A stretch of DNA of 64,000 nt, from assembly GCA_036397135.1 (NCBI GenBank), contig DASWJN010000069.1, forward strand, positions 1,500 through 65,499, given 5' to 3'. This document shows positions 53,154 to 61,934 of this stretch, piece by piece. Every line of letters begins with the position of its first letter. Position 1 is the first letter of the stretch. The position numbers and the translations under genes are program-made. The notes beneath the pieces are model-generated. The model saw only the letters and a program-made list of their open reading frames with translations. It was not told the origin of the DNA and did no database searches. The DNA is from Candidatus Methylomirabilota bacterium. Its GTDB lineage: Bacteria > Methylomirabilota > Methylomirabilia > Rokubacteriales > CSP1-6.

Positions 53154-55316
53154 CTACAGGACCATGTTCTCGGGCGAGTCGAGGACGACCGCGGGAATGC
53201 CGCCCGTGAAGCGCTCCTCGGCCCCCTCCCGTTCCAGCACGTCCCAGTCACGGAAGGATCCGAAGGTCAGATGGGTCTTCGATTCCAGATCTCTGACCCT
53301 CACCTGGACGGCCTTGTACTCGCCGACCTGGAATTCCTCCTCCAGATCCGCGATCAGATCCGCCTGAGACAGCACGAAGGCGGCGGCGGCCGGATCGCCG
53401 GTGTCGCTGGCGAATACGACCACCTTCCAGAACTCCCGAGGGATCTTCACGCCCCGGTGTGGCTCGTCCGACGCCCGGAACACCGGACCGTTGAAGACGC
53501 ACAGCTTCCGCCGGTGCTTCTTCCCCTGCGCGGCGACGTGATCCTCGAGCCGGCCCCACAGCTTGAGGCCCGGCGGAGCCTGCTTCACCTGGCCCTGGTT
53601 GGTGATGGCGTGCTGCGGTGAGCAGTTGGTGAAGTGGAACGTGTCGTCGTTGGCCAGCTTGGCTTCCTGCCTGGTCGCACCCCAGCCAGCGTCGGCCCGG
53701 CGCACCAGGTGGCCGCGGTCGAGCGGATTGCCGGCGTAGAGCCTCTCCCCGGCCTGGAAGGCTCCATTGTCCGAGACCCGCGGGTCGAAGTACCACTTGT
53801 CGCCGTCCTTGTCGCGGGGGTGCTGCACGGGGGCCGTCGGATCGTAGTTCACCGCCGCCAGGAACGCGAGCTTGCGCTCCTTGTTCAGGATCACGCTGAA
53901 GTGGTGGTACTTGAGCTCGAACCGGGCGTCGCCGCGCCGCCCCGGGAGCGCGAACGCTTTCGACGTGACCGCGTTGGTCAGCCGCGGGAAGGGCACGTTG
54001 AACCCGAGGGAGTCCCGTTGATACCCCGGCCGGCGCTCGTAGTCGGGGTCACTCGTGTCCGGCTCCACTTTCTCGAGTTCGACTTCGCTTGAATCCGACG
54101 GTGCCCCGGCCAGGGAGACGGCCACGGCTCCGGCCCCTGGAGTGCCCAACGAGACGGTGATGTGCAGGGGTACGGTCACGGTCACCCTGGCGTCACCGGG
54201 CCTGGAAGGCCCGGGCCCGATCGCCTCCGGCGGCGCCGGCGGCTTCGAATCCAGGAACTCCCTGAGCAGCGGCGCCTCGGCATCCGTCACCTGCGCCCGG
54301 GAGATGAACTCGACGATCCTGGACACCCGGATGCCTTCGTTCGCGACCCAGTCGAGCAGCTCGGGCGGGTCCCCCGTGCGCCACACGGTCCCGTCCTTCC
54401 GCAGCGGCTCGCCGTCGGGGTTCCTCCGGGGCACTCCGCTGTGGTGCAGGGCCACCACCTCCCACTCGTTGTTGAACACCGGCGACCCGGACGACCCCGG
54501 CTCGGTGTCGGCCTCGTAGTGGGCGTGCAGCTCGAGCAGGTCGACCAGCCGGTTCTCCCGGATGATGACCTGCTTCATCTCGCCCTTCGGATGCTGCACG
54601 ATGTTGATGGGCTCCCCGACCACGATCTTGCCTTCCTCCTGGATCATCGGGCACCAGCCGTAGTCGGCCAGCGGCCGGCCGGACCCGCCGGGGGCCACCG
54701 CCACCACGGCGAAGTCGTGCTCCGCGTCGGCGAGGAAGAACGTGCCCGGGGCGAGCTGGAACGCCCGGAGGGCGACCGGCCGGCCGAACCGGTCCCGCTG
54801 GTAGTCGAACTGGACGACGCTGCGGCCGGCGTCGTCGCGCGACCTCAGGACGTGGTGGTTGGTCATCAGCAGCTGCGGGGACACCATGAACCCGGTGCCG
54901 TAGCTGACGCGGCCGTCGCCCAGCTTCGTGACGATCCGGCCGATCGCCCGGCTCGCGTGCACCGCCTGCTCGAGGAACTCGACGAAGAGGAAGTCGCGCG
55001 TCTCGCCGATGACGCGCTCCAGCAGGTGGTCGTCGATGGTGGCGGGCGAGACGGCCGCCCGCGAGATCTGCCGGGCGGTCGACTCCGTGAACTCGCTGGC
55101 GATTTCCTCGGCCGCCTGGGGCGCGGCCTTCCGCAACCTGGCCAGAAGCCGGTTGGCTCGCTTGGCCCGCCGCTCCGGCGTGTCGAGATCGGAGTATTTC
55201 TTGCGCCGCGCCGCCCGCTCGAACCGCGCGTGCGTCTCCTCCCGGGTCCCCCACCGTCTGGCGGCCGCGATCGCGACGTCGAGGTCGAAGGCGTACTCGT
55301 TCCGAGGTGCTGGCAT
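53154..55316 (-). CDS. fusion protein: trypsin-like serine protease domain + DNA/RNA non-specific endonuclease (NucA/Serratia-nuclease family) domain, no signal peptide
   Basis: 720 aa. Protease triad context MTNHHVL (His), DFAVVAV (Asp) and TEPGSSGSPVF (Ser). Nuclease motif NPLDRGHLVRR plus FHFTNCSPQHAITNQG (the Mg-binding Asn). The N-terminus MPAPRNEYAFDLDVAIAAARRWG is not signal-peptide-like. Confidence 0.8.
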   Translation of the reverse strand: MPAPRNEYAFDLDVAIAAARRWGTREETHARFERAARRKKYSDLDTPERRAKRANRLLARLRKAAPQAAEEIASEFTESTARQISRAAVSPATIDDHLLERVIGETRDFLFVEFLEQAVHASRAIGRIVTKLGDGRVSYGTGFMVSPQLLMTNHHVLRSRDDAGRSVVQFDYQRDRFGRPVALRAFQLAPGTFFLADAEHDFAVVAVAPGGSGRPLADYGWCPMIQEEGKIVVGEPINIVQHPKGEMKQVIIRENRLVDLLELHAHYEADTEPGSSGSPVFNNEWEVVALHHSGVPRRNPDGEPLRKDGTVWRTGDPPELLDWVANEGIRVSRIVEFISRAQVTDAEAPLLREFLDSKPPAPPEAIGPGPSRPGDARVTVTVPLHITVSLGTPGAGAVAVSLAGAPSDSSEVELEKVEPDTSDPDYERRPGYQRDSLGFNVPFPRLTNAVTSKAFALPGRRGDARFELKYHHFSVILNKERKLAFLAAVNYDPTAPVQHPRDKDGDKWYFDPRVSDNGAFQAGERLYAGNPLDRGHLVRRADAGWGATRQEAKLANDDTFHFTNCSPQHAITNQGQVKQAPPGLKLWGRLEDHVAAQGKKHRRKLCVFNGPVFRASDEPHRGVKIPREFWKVVVFASDTGDPAAAAFVLSQADLIADLEEEFQVGEYKAVQVRVRDLESKTHLTFGSFRDWDVLEREGAEERFTGGIPAVVLDSPENMVL

Positions 55317-55363
55317 ATCTACCTCACGGCGTGCTTGTTACCATGGTCTGGTCGCCATTCGCA

Positions 55364-55380
55364 GTCGGGGAAACCCCGAC
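55364..55380. other. GTCGGGG-AAA-CCCCGAC perfect hairpin in intergenic region (no U-tract)
   Basis: A 7-bp stem with a 3-nt loop between the protease-nuclease start and the proline racemase end. Confidence 0.3.
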
Positions 55381-55410
55381 AGCCCGCCGCCGGCTGGTCG
55401 ACCCACGTGC

Positions 55411-56433
55411 TCAGGCGAACCACAGGTCGGGCAACGTGTAGCCGCCCCCGAACGGATCGGACGGATCGAGGCCGTGCTGGAACACGCCGGTGATCCACGC
55501 CTGGCCGGCGATGGTGGGGACGATGGCGGGCCTTCCCCCCACCGTGGTCTCGCCGGCGATGCCGGCCTCGAACCGCGAGCCGATGATCGACTCGTGGACG
55601 AACCCCTGGCCCGGGGCCAGCTGCCCGCGCGCGTGCAGGACGGCCAGCCGCGCGCACGTGCCGGTGCCGCAGGGGCTGCGGTCGATGCGGCCGGGCGCGA
55701 CGATCACCGCGTTGCGGCTCACCGTGCCCGGGCCCGCGAACGGCATGGCGAACTCGGTGAAGGTCACGCCCTGGATGTCCGGGTTCTCCGGATGGCGCAC
55801 GGGGAGTTGGAGGGCGGCGGCGGCGGTGATCCGGTGGCCGAGGGCGACCAGGTCGCGCGCCTCCTTCGGCTCCACCGCGAAGCCGAGCGAGGGCGCATCG
55901 ACGATCGCGAAGAAGGCGCCGCCGTAGGCCAGGTCGACCGCGACCGGCCCCAAGCCCTCGACGTCGACGATCGCCCCGAGATGCGTGGCGAAGCACGGGA
56001 CGTTCGTGAACTGCACCCGCTCCACCTTGCCGCCGCGGCAGCTGGCCTCGACGGGCACGGGTCCCGCCGGCGTATCGAGCGTCAGCGCCGTCACCGGCTC
56101 GCGCATCGGGAGCATGCCGGTCTCCAGGAGGACGGTGACGGTGCAGATGGTGTTCGAGCCGGACATCGGCGGATAGTCGGCGGACTCCATGATGATCAGG
56201 CCCGCGTCGCAGTCGGGCCGGGTGGGCGGCGTCACGAGATTCACGCAGAGCGTGGGCTTCCCCCGCGGCTCGAACAGGAGCCAGCGCCGCAGCTCGTCGC
56301 CGTGCGACTCGAGGTAGCGCTTCTTGTCGAACATGGTCGCGCCCGGCGGCGGCAGCACGCCGCCGACGATCACGTGGTTGTCCTCTCCGCCGACGTGGCA
56401 GCCGATCACCGTCACCGTGCGGTCCCATCTCAT
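55411..56433 (-). CDS. proline racemase family protein (4-hydroxyproline epimerase/dehydratase-like)
   Basis: MRWDRTVTVIGCHVGGE...DRSPCGTGTCA, the catalytic Cys motif of proline racemase-like enzymes. Confidence 0.8.
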   Translation of the reverse strand: MRWDRTVTVIGCHVGGEDNHVIVGGVLPPPGATMFDKKRYLESHGDELRRWLLFEPRGKPTLCVNLVTPPTRPDCDAGLIIMESADYPPMSGSNTICTVTVLLETGMLPMREPVTALTLDTPAGPVPVEASCRGGKVERVQFTNVPCFATHLGAIVDVEGLGPVAVDLAYGGAFFAIVDAPSLGFAVEPKEARDLVALGHRITAAAALQLPVRHPENPDIQGVTFTEFAMPFAGPGTVSRNAVIVAPGRIDRSPCGTGTCARLAVLHARGQLAPGQGFVHESIIGSRFEAGIAGETTVGGRPAIVPTIAGQAWITGVFQHGLDPSDPFGGGYTLPDLWFA

Positions 56434-56486
56434 CGCGGATCTCCCGTGTGCACGGGCGGATGGTACCATTCGGGCGCATCGCGATC

Positions 56487-56573
56487 ATGGGGCCCGCACT
56501 CCCGGTGAACGTCGTCGGCGCGCCGATCAAGCGTCTCGAGGACCCGCGCCTGCTCGCCGGCGGCGGACGGTAA
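56487..56573 (+). pseudogene. N-terminal 28 codons of xanthine dehydrogenase-family large subunit, terminated by in-frame TAA at conserved Tyr
   Basis: MGPALPVNVVGAPIKRLEDPRLLAGGGR-TAA-VDDLARPGM..., whereas the family consensus is ...GRGQYVDDL. The TAA at 56571-56573 is in frame with the downstream ORF. Confidence 0.6.
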
Positions 56574-58796
56574 GTGGACGACCTCGCCCGGCCCGGGATG
56601 GCGCACGCGGTGATCGTGCGGAGCCCCCACGCCCATGCCCGCGTGCGTCGCGTGGACGCGCGCGGCGCTCTCGCGCAGCCGGGCGTGCTCGCCTGCCTGA
56701 CGGCGGCCGACCTCGCCGGAGTGCCGCCCATCCCCATCCGCGTGGGCGAAAAGCCCGCCCACGCGGCCTACCTGCAACCGCCGCTGGCCGGTGACACGGT
56801 CCGCTACGCCGGCGAGCCGGTGGCGGTCGTCGTCGCGACCGATCGCGCCGGCGCCGTCGACGCGAGTGAGCGGGTGGAGATCGAGTACGAGGTCCTGCCC
56901 CCGCTCGTCGAGGCCGGGGACGCCGAACGGCCCGGGGGTCCGCTCCTCTTTCCCGAAGGCAACGTGGCCGACTCGTGGACCACGGCCCTCGGGGACGTCG
57001 ACGCCGCGCTGCGGGAGGCGGCCTGCGTCGTGCGCGAGCGCTTCTCCGTCGGGCGCCAGACCGCCGCGCCGCTGGAGACCCGCGGGCTGCTGGCCGAGTG
57101 GGATGCCGCATCCGGGCGCCTCACGGTGTGGGGCACGACGAAGGTCCCGTACTTCAATCGCCGGACGCTGGGCGCCATGCTGGGTCTCGAGGAGACGCAG
57201 ATCGACTTCGCGGAGTCGGACGTCGGCGGCGGCTTCGGCGCGCGCGGGGAGTTCTATCCCGAGGACTTCCTCGTGCCCTGCCTGGCCCGGCGCCTGGATC
57301 GCCCCGTCAAGTGGGTGGAGGATCGGCGCGAGCACTTCCTGGCCATCAACCACTCGCGGGAACAGCAGTGGTCGGTCGTGGCCGCCGCCGATGGGCAGGG
57401 GCGGCTGCTGGCGCTCGACGCCAGTCTGGTCAACGTGATGGGCGGCTACCTGCGCACGCACGGCATCTGGGTCGCCGCGCTCGCCGCGTCTTACCTCCCG
57501 GGACCGTACCGGTGGCCGAGCTACCGCTGCCGCGTCTCCTGCGTCATGACGAACAAGACCCCGACGGGGACGGTGCGCGCGCCCGGATTCTACGAGGGCA
57601 CCTTCGTGCGCGAGCGGCTCCTCGACCTGCTCGCCGGGCGCCTCGGGCTGGACCCGGCCGAGATCCGCCGCCGCAACCTGCCCCGGCCGGAGGACGCGCC
57701 GTACACGGTCAACACGGTGGCCTCGGCGATCACCGGGCGCGACGCCGACTTCGCCGGCGAGGACTTCGGCGCGATGTTCGAGCAGGCGCTGAAGGCCGGC
57801 CAGTACGAGGCGCGGCTGGCCGCCTGTCGCGAGCGGAACGCCGCCGGCGGCGACGTGCGGTTCGGCGTCGGGCTGGCGGCGTTCGTGGAGACCTCCGGCA
57901 CCGGTCCGTTCGAGAGCGCGCGGGTGACGCTGACCGCCGAGGGGACGCTCGTGCTGGCGGCGGGGGCCACGTCGGTGGGGCAGGGGATCGCGACCACGCT
58001 CGCGCAGGTCTGCGCCGAGGTGCTTCGAATCCCGCCGGCCGCCATCGCCGTGCACCTGGGCGACACCCGCTTCATGCCTCACGGCGTCGGCAGCTCCGCC
58101 AGCCGTTCGGCGGTGATGGCCGGCAGCGCCGTGCACCACGCGTCCACGCGCCTGCGGGAGCGGATCGTGGCGCTCGCCGCCGCGCACTTCGAGGCGAGCC
58201 CGGCCGACGTCACGCTCCAGGACGGCGCGGCCGTCGTCCGCGGCGTGCCCGATCGGCGCTGCACGCTGCGCGAGGTGGCGGCGCTCGCCGGGGCCCCGCT
58301 GGAGGCGGAATGGCGCCACGAGACGGCGCGCGCCATCGGCTCGTTCGGCGTGCATCTCTCCGTGGTCGGGGTCGACGTCACGACGGGCGAGGTCCATCCC
58401 GAGACGCATTTCGTCCTGTGCGACGTGGGGCGCGCGATCAACCCGACGATCGTGGAGGGCCAGCTGGTGGGCGCGGTGATCCAGGGGCTGGGTCACGCGA
58501 CGATGGAGGAGCTGGTCTACGATCCGGGCGGCCAGCTCCTCACCGGCACCTTCATGGATTACGCGATGCCCACCGCGGGCCGCACGCCGTCCGTCGAGAT
58601 CCAGCTGCACGAAGCGCCGGCTCCCTCGAATCCCCTCGGCGTGAAGGGCGCCGGGGAGGCCGGGACGACCGGCGTCGGCGCCGCCGTCGCCAACGCCGTG
58701 GCCGGCGCGGTCGGCGCCGCCGCCGCCAGCCATCTCCCGGTGACCGCCCCGCGCGTCATGGCAGCGCTCGAAACGTCCCGGCCTCGCGGGTGGTGA
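56574..58796 (+). CDS. xanthine dehydrogenase/aldehyde oxidase family molybdopterin-binding large subunit (CoxL-like), body of the gene after the nonsense codon
   Basis: 740 aa from GTG 56574: ...GGGFGAR...RAPGFYEGTFVRE...GQGIATTLAQ...GAGEAGTTGV. No adjacent small (2Fe-2S) or medium (FAD) subunit genes. Confidence 0.75.
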   Translation: MDDLARPGMAHAVIVRSPHAHARVRRVDARGALAQPGVLACLTAADLAGVPPIPIRVGEKPAHAAYLQPPLAGDTVRYAGEPVAVVVATDRAGAVDASERVEIEYEVLPPLVEAGDAERPGGPLLFPEGNVADSWTTALGDVDAALREAACVVRERFSVGRQTAAPLETRGLLAEWDAASGRLTVWGTTKVPYFNRRTLGAMLGLEETQIDFAESDVGGGFGARGEFYPEDFLVPCLARRLDRPVKWVEDRREHFLAINHSREQQWSVVAAADGQGRLLALDASLVNVMGGYLRTHGIWVAALAASYLPGPYRWPSYRCRVSCVMTNKTPTGTVRAPGFYEGTFVRERLLDLLAGRLGLDPAEIRRRNLPRPEDAPYTVNTVASAITGRDADFAGEDFGAMFEQALKAGQYEARLAACRERNAAGGDVRFGVGLAAFVETSGTGPFESARVTLTAEGTLVLAAGATSVGQGIATTLAQVCAEVLRIPPAAIAVHLGDTRFMPHGVGSSASRSAVMAGSAVHHASTRLRERIVALAAAHFEASPADVTLQDGAAVVRGVPDRRCTLREVAALAGAPLEAEWRHETARAIGSFGVHLSVVGVDVTTGEVHPETHFVLCDVGRAINPTIVEGQLVGAVIQGLGHATMEELVYDPGGQLLTGTFMDYAMPTAGRTPSVEIQLHEAPAPSNPLGVKGAGEAGTTGVGAAVANAVAGAVGAAAASHLPVTAPRVMAALETSRPRGW

Positions 58797-58853
58797 CGGG
58801 CTGGTCCCTGGCCTTCCCCTCCCGTCGGTCGATGGCACCTGCCCGGTGCGGGA

Positions 58854-60129
58854 TTATGACCCGGGCGGCGGTCCGAGCGGCACCAGGTAACCGAGCTGAT
58901 CCGGCAGCAGGCGGCGGATGATCCCGAACCGCACGCGCTCGGCCGCGGGCAGGGCCCAGCGCTCCATGAGCTGCGCCACCGTCGCGCCCCGCCGGGCCAG
59001 GCCGAGGGTGACGGACAGCCCCGCCGGCAGCTCGACCTCGGTCTCCTCGCCGTAGAACGGCTCGTAGCGAAGCCGGAGGACGTCCCGTGCGCACCACGCG
59101 ACGCGCGCGGGCCGCGCGCGCGTGATGCGGCCGTCGCGCACCTGGTAGCGCGTTCGCGCCGTGAGGCCGACCACCGCCAGACGCCGGATCTCCTCGTCAC
59201 GCCAGGGCGGCGGCGAGGGGAGCGCCGGCTTCTCGACGACGAAGCGAAAGAGCGGACTGGCCCGGGCCCCGAGCCAGTACACGACGCGCCATTGATCGAT
59301 GGGGGCCAGCCTCGCGAGCTGGCGGTGGACGCGCGGGCTGTCGAAGTAGCGCTGGGGGTGCCAGTCGGCCGGGCGCGCCCAGCTCCCGAACCGGAAGCCG
59401 CCCGCGCGAACGAAGGCCATGAGCTCGTCGATGTCGAAGTGACGTTCGTGAGGGTGGAGGAGCGTGTCGGCGAAGGTCGGGAGGTCACGCCGCCGCTCCC
59501 GGCCCACCCCCCGCAGTTCCTCGGCGAGAAGGGGCCGACACCGCGATCCGAGCACCGCCCGCAGCAATGTCATGGTGGTCCGCACATCGGGCGCTCGCCC
59601 GGACGCACCGCCCCGGAACGCGCGCGCGCCGTTTCTGAAGTGTTCGAACCCGAGCCGGTGCACGCGGCTGTACAGCATGAGGACGGCGGCGCCGTCCGGC
59701 GCGAGCGCGCGCTCCAGCGTCCGCAGGCCGGACAGGGGGTCCTCGAGGTGATGCAGCACACCGGTGCAGAAGATCAGATCGAAGGCGCCGGTCGCGCGAC
59801 AATCGAGCAGATCGGCGCGCTCGAACCGCACGCTCGCGAGCCCGAGTTGCCGGGCCAGGCGCCGGGCGATCCGCACGCTTTCCCCGGAGACGTCGGTCCC
59901 GATCACGTCGGCCCCGCCGAACGCCAGCGCGATCTGCACCGCCTGCCGGGTCCCGCACCCCGCGACCCAGATTCGCAGTGGCCGGCCGGACAGCGCCCGG
60001 CGCCCGCGCCGGTGCAGGAGCCAGTCGAGCGCGCCGGCGATGCGGCCGGTCGGCTCCTCGCGCTGGAGCTCGACGACCCGCGGGTAGGGGAACGCCGTGT
60101 AGTGGCGCGCGACGCTCCCCGAGACCGCC
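58854..60129 (-). CDS. class I SAM-dependent methyltransferase domain protein; no canonical start before motif I (possibly fused to upstream FliB-family gene through a frameshift)
   Basis: The frame reads ...HYTAFPYPRVVELQREEPTGRIAGALDWLLHRRGRRALSGRPLRIWVAGCGTRQAVQIALAFGGADVIGTDVS (motif I GCGTG), with FDLIFCTGVLHHLEDP downstream. The only ATG/GTG/TTG is the GTG at 59939, after motif I. The frame is open back past the stop (60130) of the upstream gene. Confidence 0.55.
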
Positions 60130-61329
60130 TTACTCGGGCTGGCCGGCCTCAGGGACGTCCTCGACCAGCACCTCGAAATCCACCAGGCGCCGCACGACGG
60201 CGCGGTCGACCTCGAGCCCCGACTCGGCGGCGATCGCGGCCAGCGCCGACCGGGTGGGACGACCGTCGAAGTGGTGGAGGACGTCGCCGAGCGTCCGGGG
60301 AATCACGAGGGGATCGTAGGCCCGGTAGGCGGTCACGCGCAGCCGGTCGGGACCGAGGGGCGCGATCTGCACGGGGCCGACCCGCAGGCGGGCCGGCAAC
60401 GCCTCGGAGCGCAGCGCCCGGCAGGTTTCTTTCACGAGCGCCGCGGCCAGCTCGATCTCGGCGCCCCCCACGCGGGTGACGTCGCTCCAGCTGAAGCGCT
60501 CGACGAGCCGGGCCGACGCCGCATAGAACTCGCGCTCCCGGCCCGCGTAGCGTCCCCAGGCCGCCCGGTGTCGACCGGCGTCCGGCACGCCGTCGAGGTC
60601 GGCGGCCGACAGCCGCGGACCGGTGTCGCGGTCGGGCGGGACGACGATCCGCTCGAGGGCGCCGACGCCCGGGTTCAACTGCAGGACACAATGCGCCACC
60701 AGCGACCGCTCGACGGCCTCCAGCAGGTGGCGGAGCGCGGTCCAGAAGCGATGGCCGACCGTTCCGCGCACGTACTTGCAGAACCACGTCGTGCACGCCG
60801 ACTGGCGGTGGCGCCAGATGCCGCACGTCCCCGTGTCGGGCCGGTAGTGCGGGCAGCGCATCGCGACGCTCCGGCCGAAGGCGTCGGCGGCGTTCCGGTA
60901 GAGCAGGCCATAGGCCGGCGGCTGCGCGAGGCCGGCCGGGGTGACGCCCACCCCCGCCGCGATACGGGCCTCGACCGACGCGCGTCCGGCCGCGGACTCG
61001 GGCGCCCGGTCGAGCAGGATTCGGCCCACGAGAAAGTTGGGCAGGGCCGGCACGTACGTGCAGCACTTGATGCGGGGATCGAAGAAGAGCTCCCCGCCCG
61101 CGACCGGGTGGCGGTCCCTCCCCGCCGCCGGGGTCGGAGGCGGGGCAAGCATGGCGCAGCGGTCGCACGTCGCCTCGGACTCGGCGGGGATGGCGCCCCC
61201 GACGAGGGCCTCGATCCACGGCCGGTACAGCAGCGGGAGCGCGGCCCCCTCCGGGGGACCGCCGGGCCCCGGTGCCGGGCCGCGCCTGCGCGCGTCCCGA
61301 TCACCGGTTCCCGTGGTCCCGCGACTCAC
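60130..61329 (-). CDS. Cys-rich protein of the YkgJ/FliB (CxxCxxCC, PF03692-like; includes flagellin lysine-N-methylase FliB) family
   Basis: GTG (RC 61327-61329) 8 nt after the small-ORF stop. Cys clusters CDRC...KCCTYVPALP and CPHYRPDTGTCGIWRHRQSACTTWFC (compare FliB CPFLDEDRLCSIHKTFGGDALCSTC..YP and family C.IY..RP..CR.FP). The track ORF upstream of 61329 is a translation of the MITE. Confidence 0.6.
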   Translation of the reverse strand: MSRGTTGTGDRDARRRGPAPGPGGPPEGAALPLLYRPWIEALVGGAIPAESEATCDRCAMLAPPPTPAAGRDRHPVAGGELFFDPRIKCCTYVPALPNFLVGRILLDRAPESAAGRASVEARIAAGVGVTPAGLAQPPAYGLLYRNAADAFGRSVAMRCPHYRPDTGTCGIWRHRQSACTTWFCKYVRGTVGHRFWTALRHLLEAVERSLVAHCVLQLNPGVGALERIVVPPDRDTGPRLSAADLDGVPDAGRHRAAWGRYAGREREFYAASARLVERFSWSDVTRVGGAEIELAAALVKETCRALRSEALPARLRVGPVQIAPLGPDRLRVTAYRAYDPLVIPRTLGDVLHHFDGRPTRSALAAIAAESGLEVDRAVVRRLVDFEVLVEDVPEAGQPE

Positions 61330-61337
61330 GACACCAT

Positions 61338-61451
61338 CTACTTGTTGAGCCTGGTCGCGGAGAGTCCGCCCTTGACCGAGCCGCCCTTGGTGACCTTCAG
61401 GTCCGAGAGCTTGACCTTCTTCTGGCCGCCCTTGCCTTTCGTCGACGCCAT
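61338..61451 (-). CDS. small Lys-rich protein (37 aa, KGG-motif-like): MASTKGKGGQKKVKLSDLKVTKGGSVKGGLSATRLNK
   Basis: GGAGGG SD 6 nt upstream of the ATG. An extended -10 promoter lies ~30 nt further upstream. 9 Lys in 37 aa. Tightly coupled (8-nt gap) to the downstream FliB-family gene. Confidence 0.55.
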   Translation of the reverse strand: MASTKGKGGQKKVKLSDLKVTKGGSVKGGLSATRLNK

Positions 61452-61487
61452 CGCACGCCCTCCACGGTAGGGTTTCGGTCGGGCGGC

Positions 61488-61493
61488 ATTCTA
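61488..61493 (-). promoter_or_regulatory. extended -10 promoter element cTGcTAGAAT for the small-peptide operon
   Basis: On the minus strand, ...TTCTGCTAGAATGCCGCCCGACCGAAACCCTACCGTGGAGGGCGTGCG-ATG. It has TGn plus a TAGAAT hexamer. The SD GGAGGG follows. Confidence 0.4.
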
Positions 61494-61653
61494 GCAGAAC
61501 CTCGATGCCTTCGTGTCGGCCAGGGCTCCGCGAGCGTCGGCTATTGTGCGTGGGTGGCCAGCGTCGACTGGAGGACCGCGTCCACCCGCAGCCCGGCGAC
61601 GAAGGCGCCGAGCTCGACCGCCAGCGCCGCCGGGCGGCTCTTGACACAGCGAC

Positions 61654-61934
61654 GCTAATGAATCTCGTGAAACGTGGTGACGCCGGGGGCGGGGCACGGG
61701 GGCCCTGCGCGCGCCACGTCGATGGCGAGCCGTCGTCGCCGTTGCGAGCGCAGGGCTCGGCGAGCGCGCGATCGGCGATCCGACTCACTCCGGGCCAGCC
61801 CCCTTCAGGGGGAGGGGGGGCTCGCGCTCGCCGAGCCCGGAGCGAGCGTACGGCGACCGGCGAGCCATCCGTGGCGCGCGCAGGGCCCCCGTGCCCCGCC
61901 CCCGGCGTCACCGGATTCCACGAGATTCATTAGC
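61654..61934. mobile_element. MITE-like ~280-bp hairpin element, copy B
   Basis: ~95% identical to 49552-49830. Termini GCTAATGAATCTCGTGAAACGTGGTGACGCC... and ...GGCGTCACCGGATTCCACGAGATTCATTAGC. The right terminus supplies the TAA stop (61930-61932) of the esterase gene. Confidence 0.8.

Noticed and set aside
55364-55380. Perfect hairpin GTCGGGGAAACCCCGAC as a rho-independent terminator
   Set aside because: No U-tract follows on either strand. It is kept only as an unexplained structural element.
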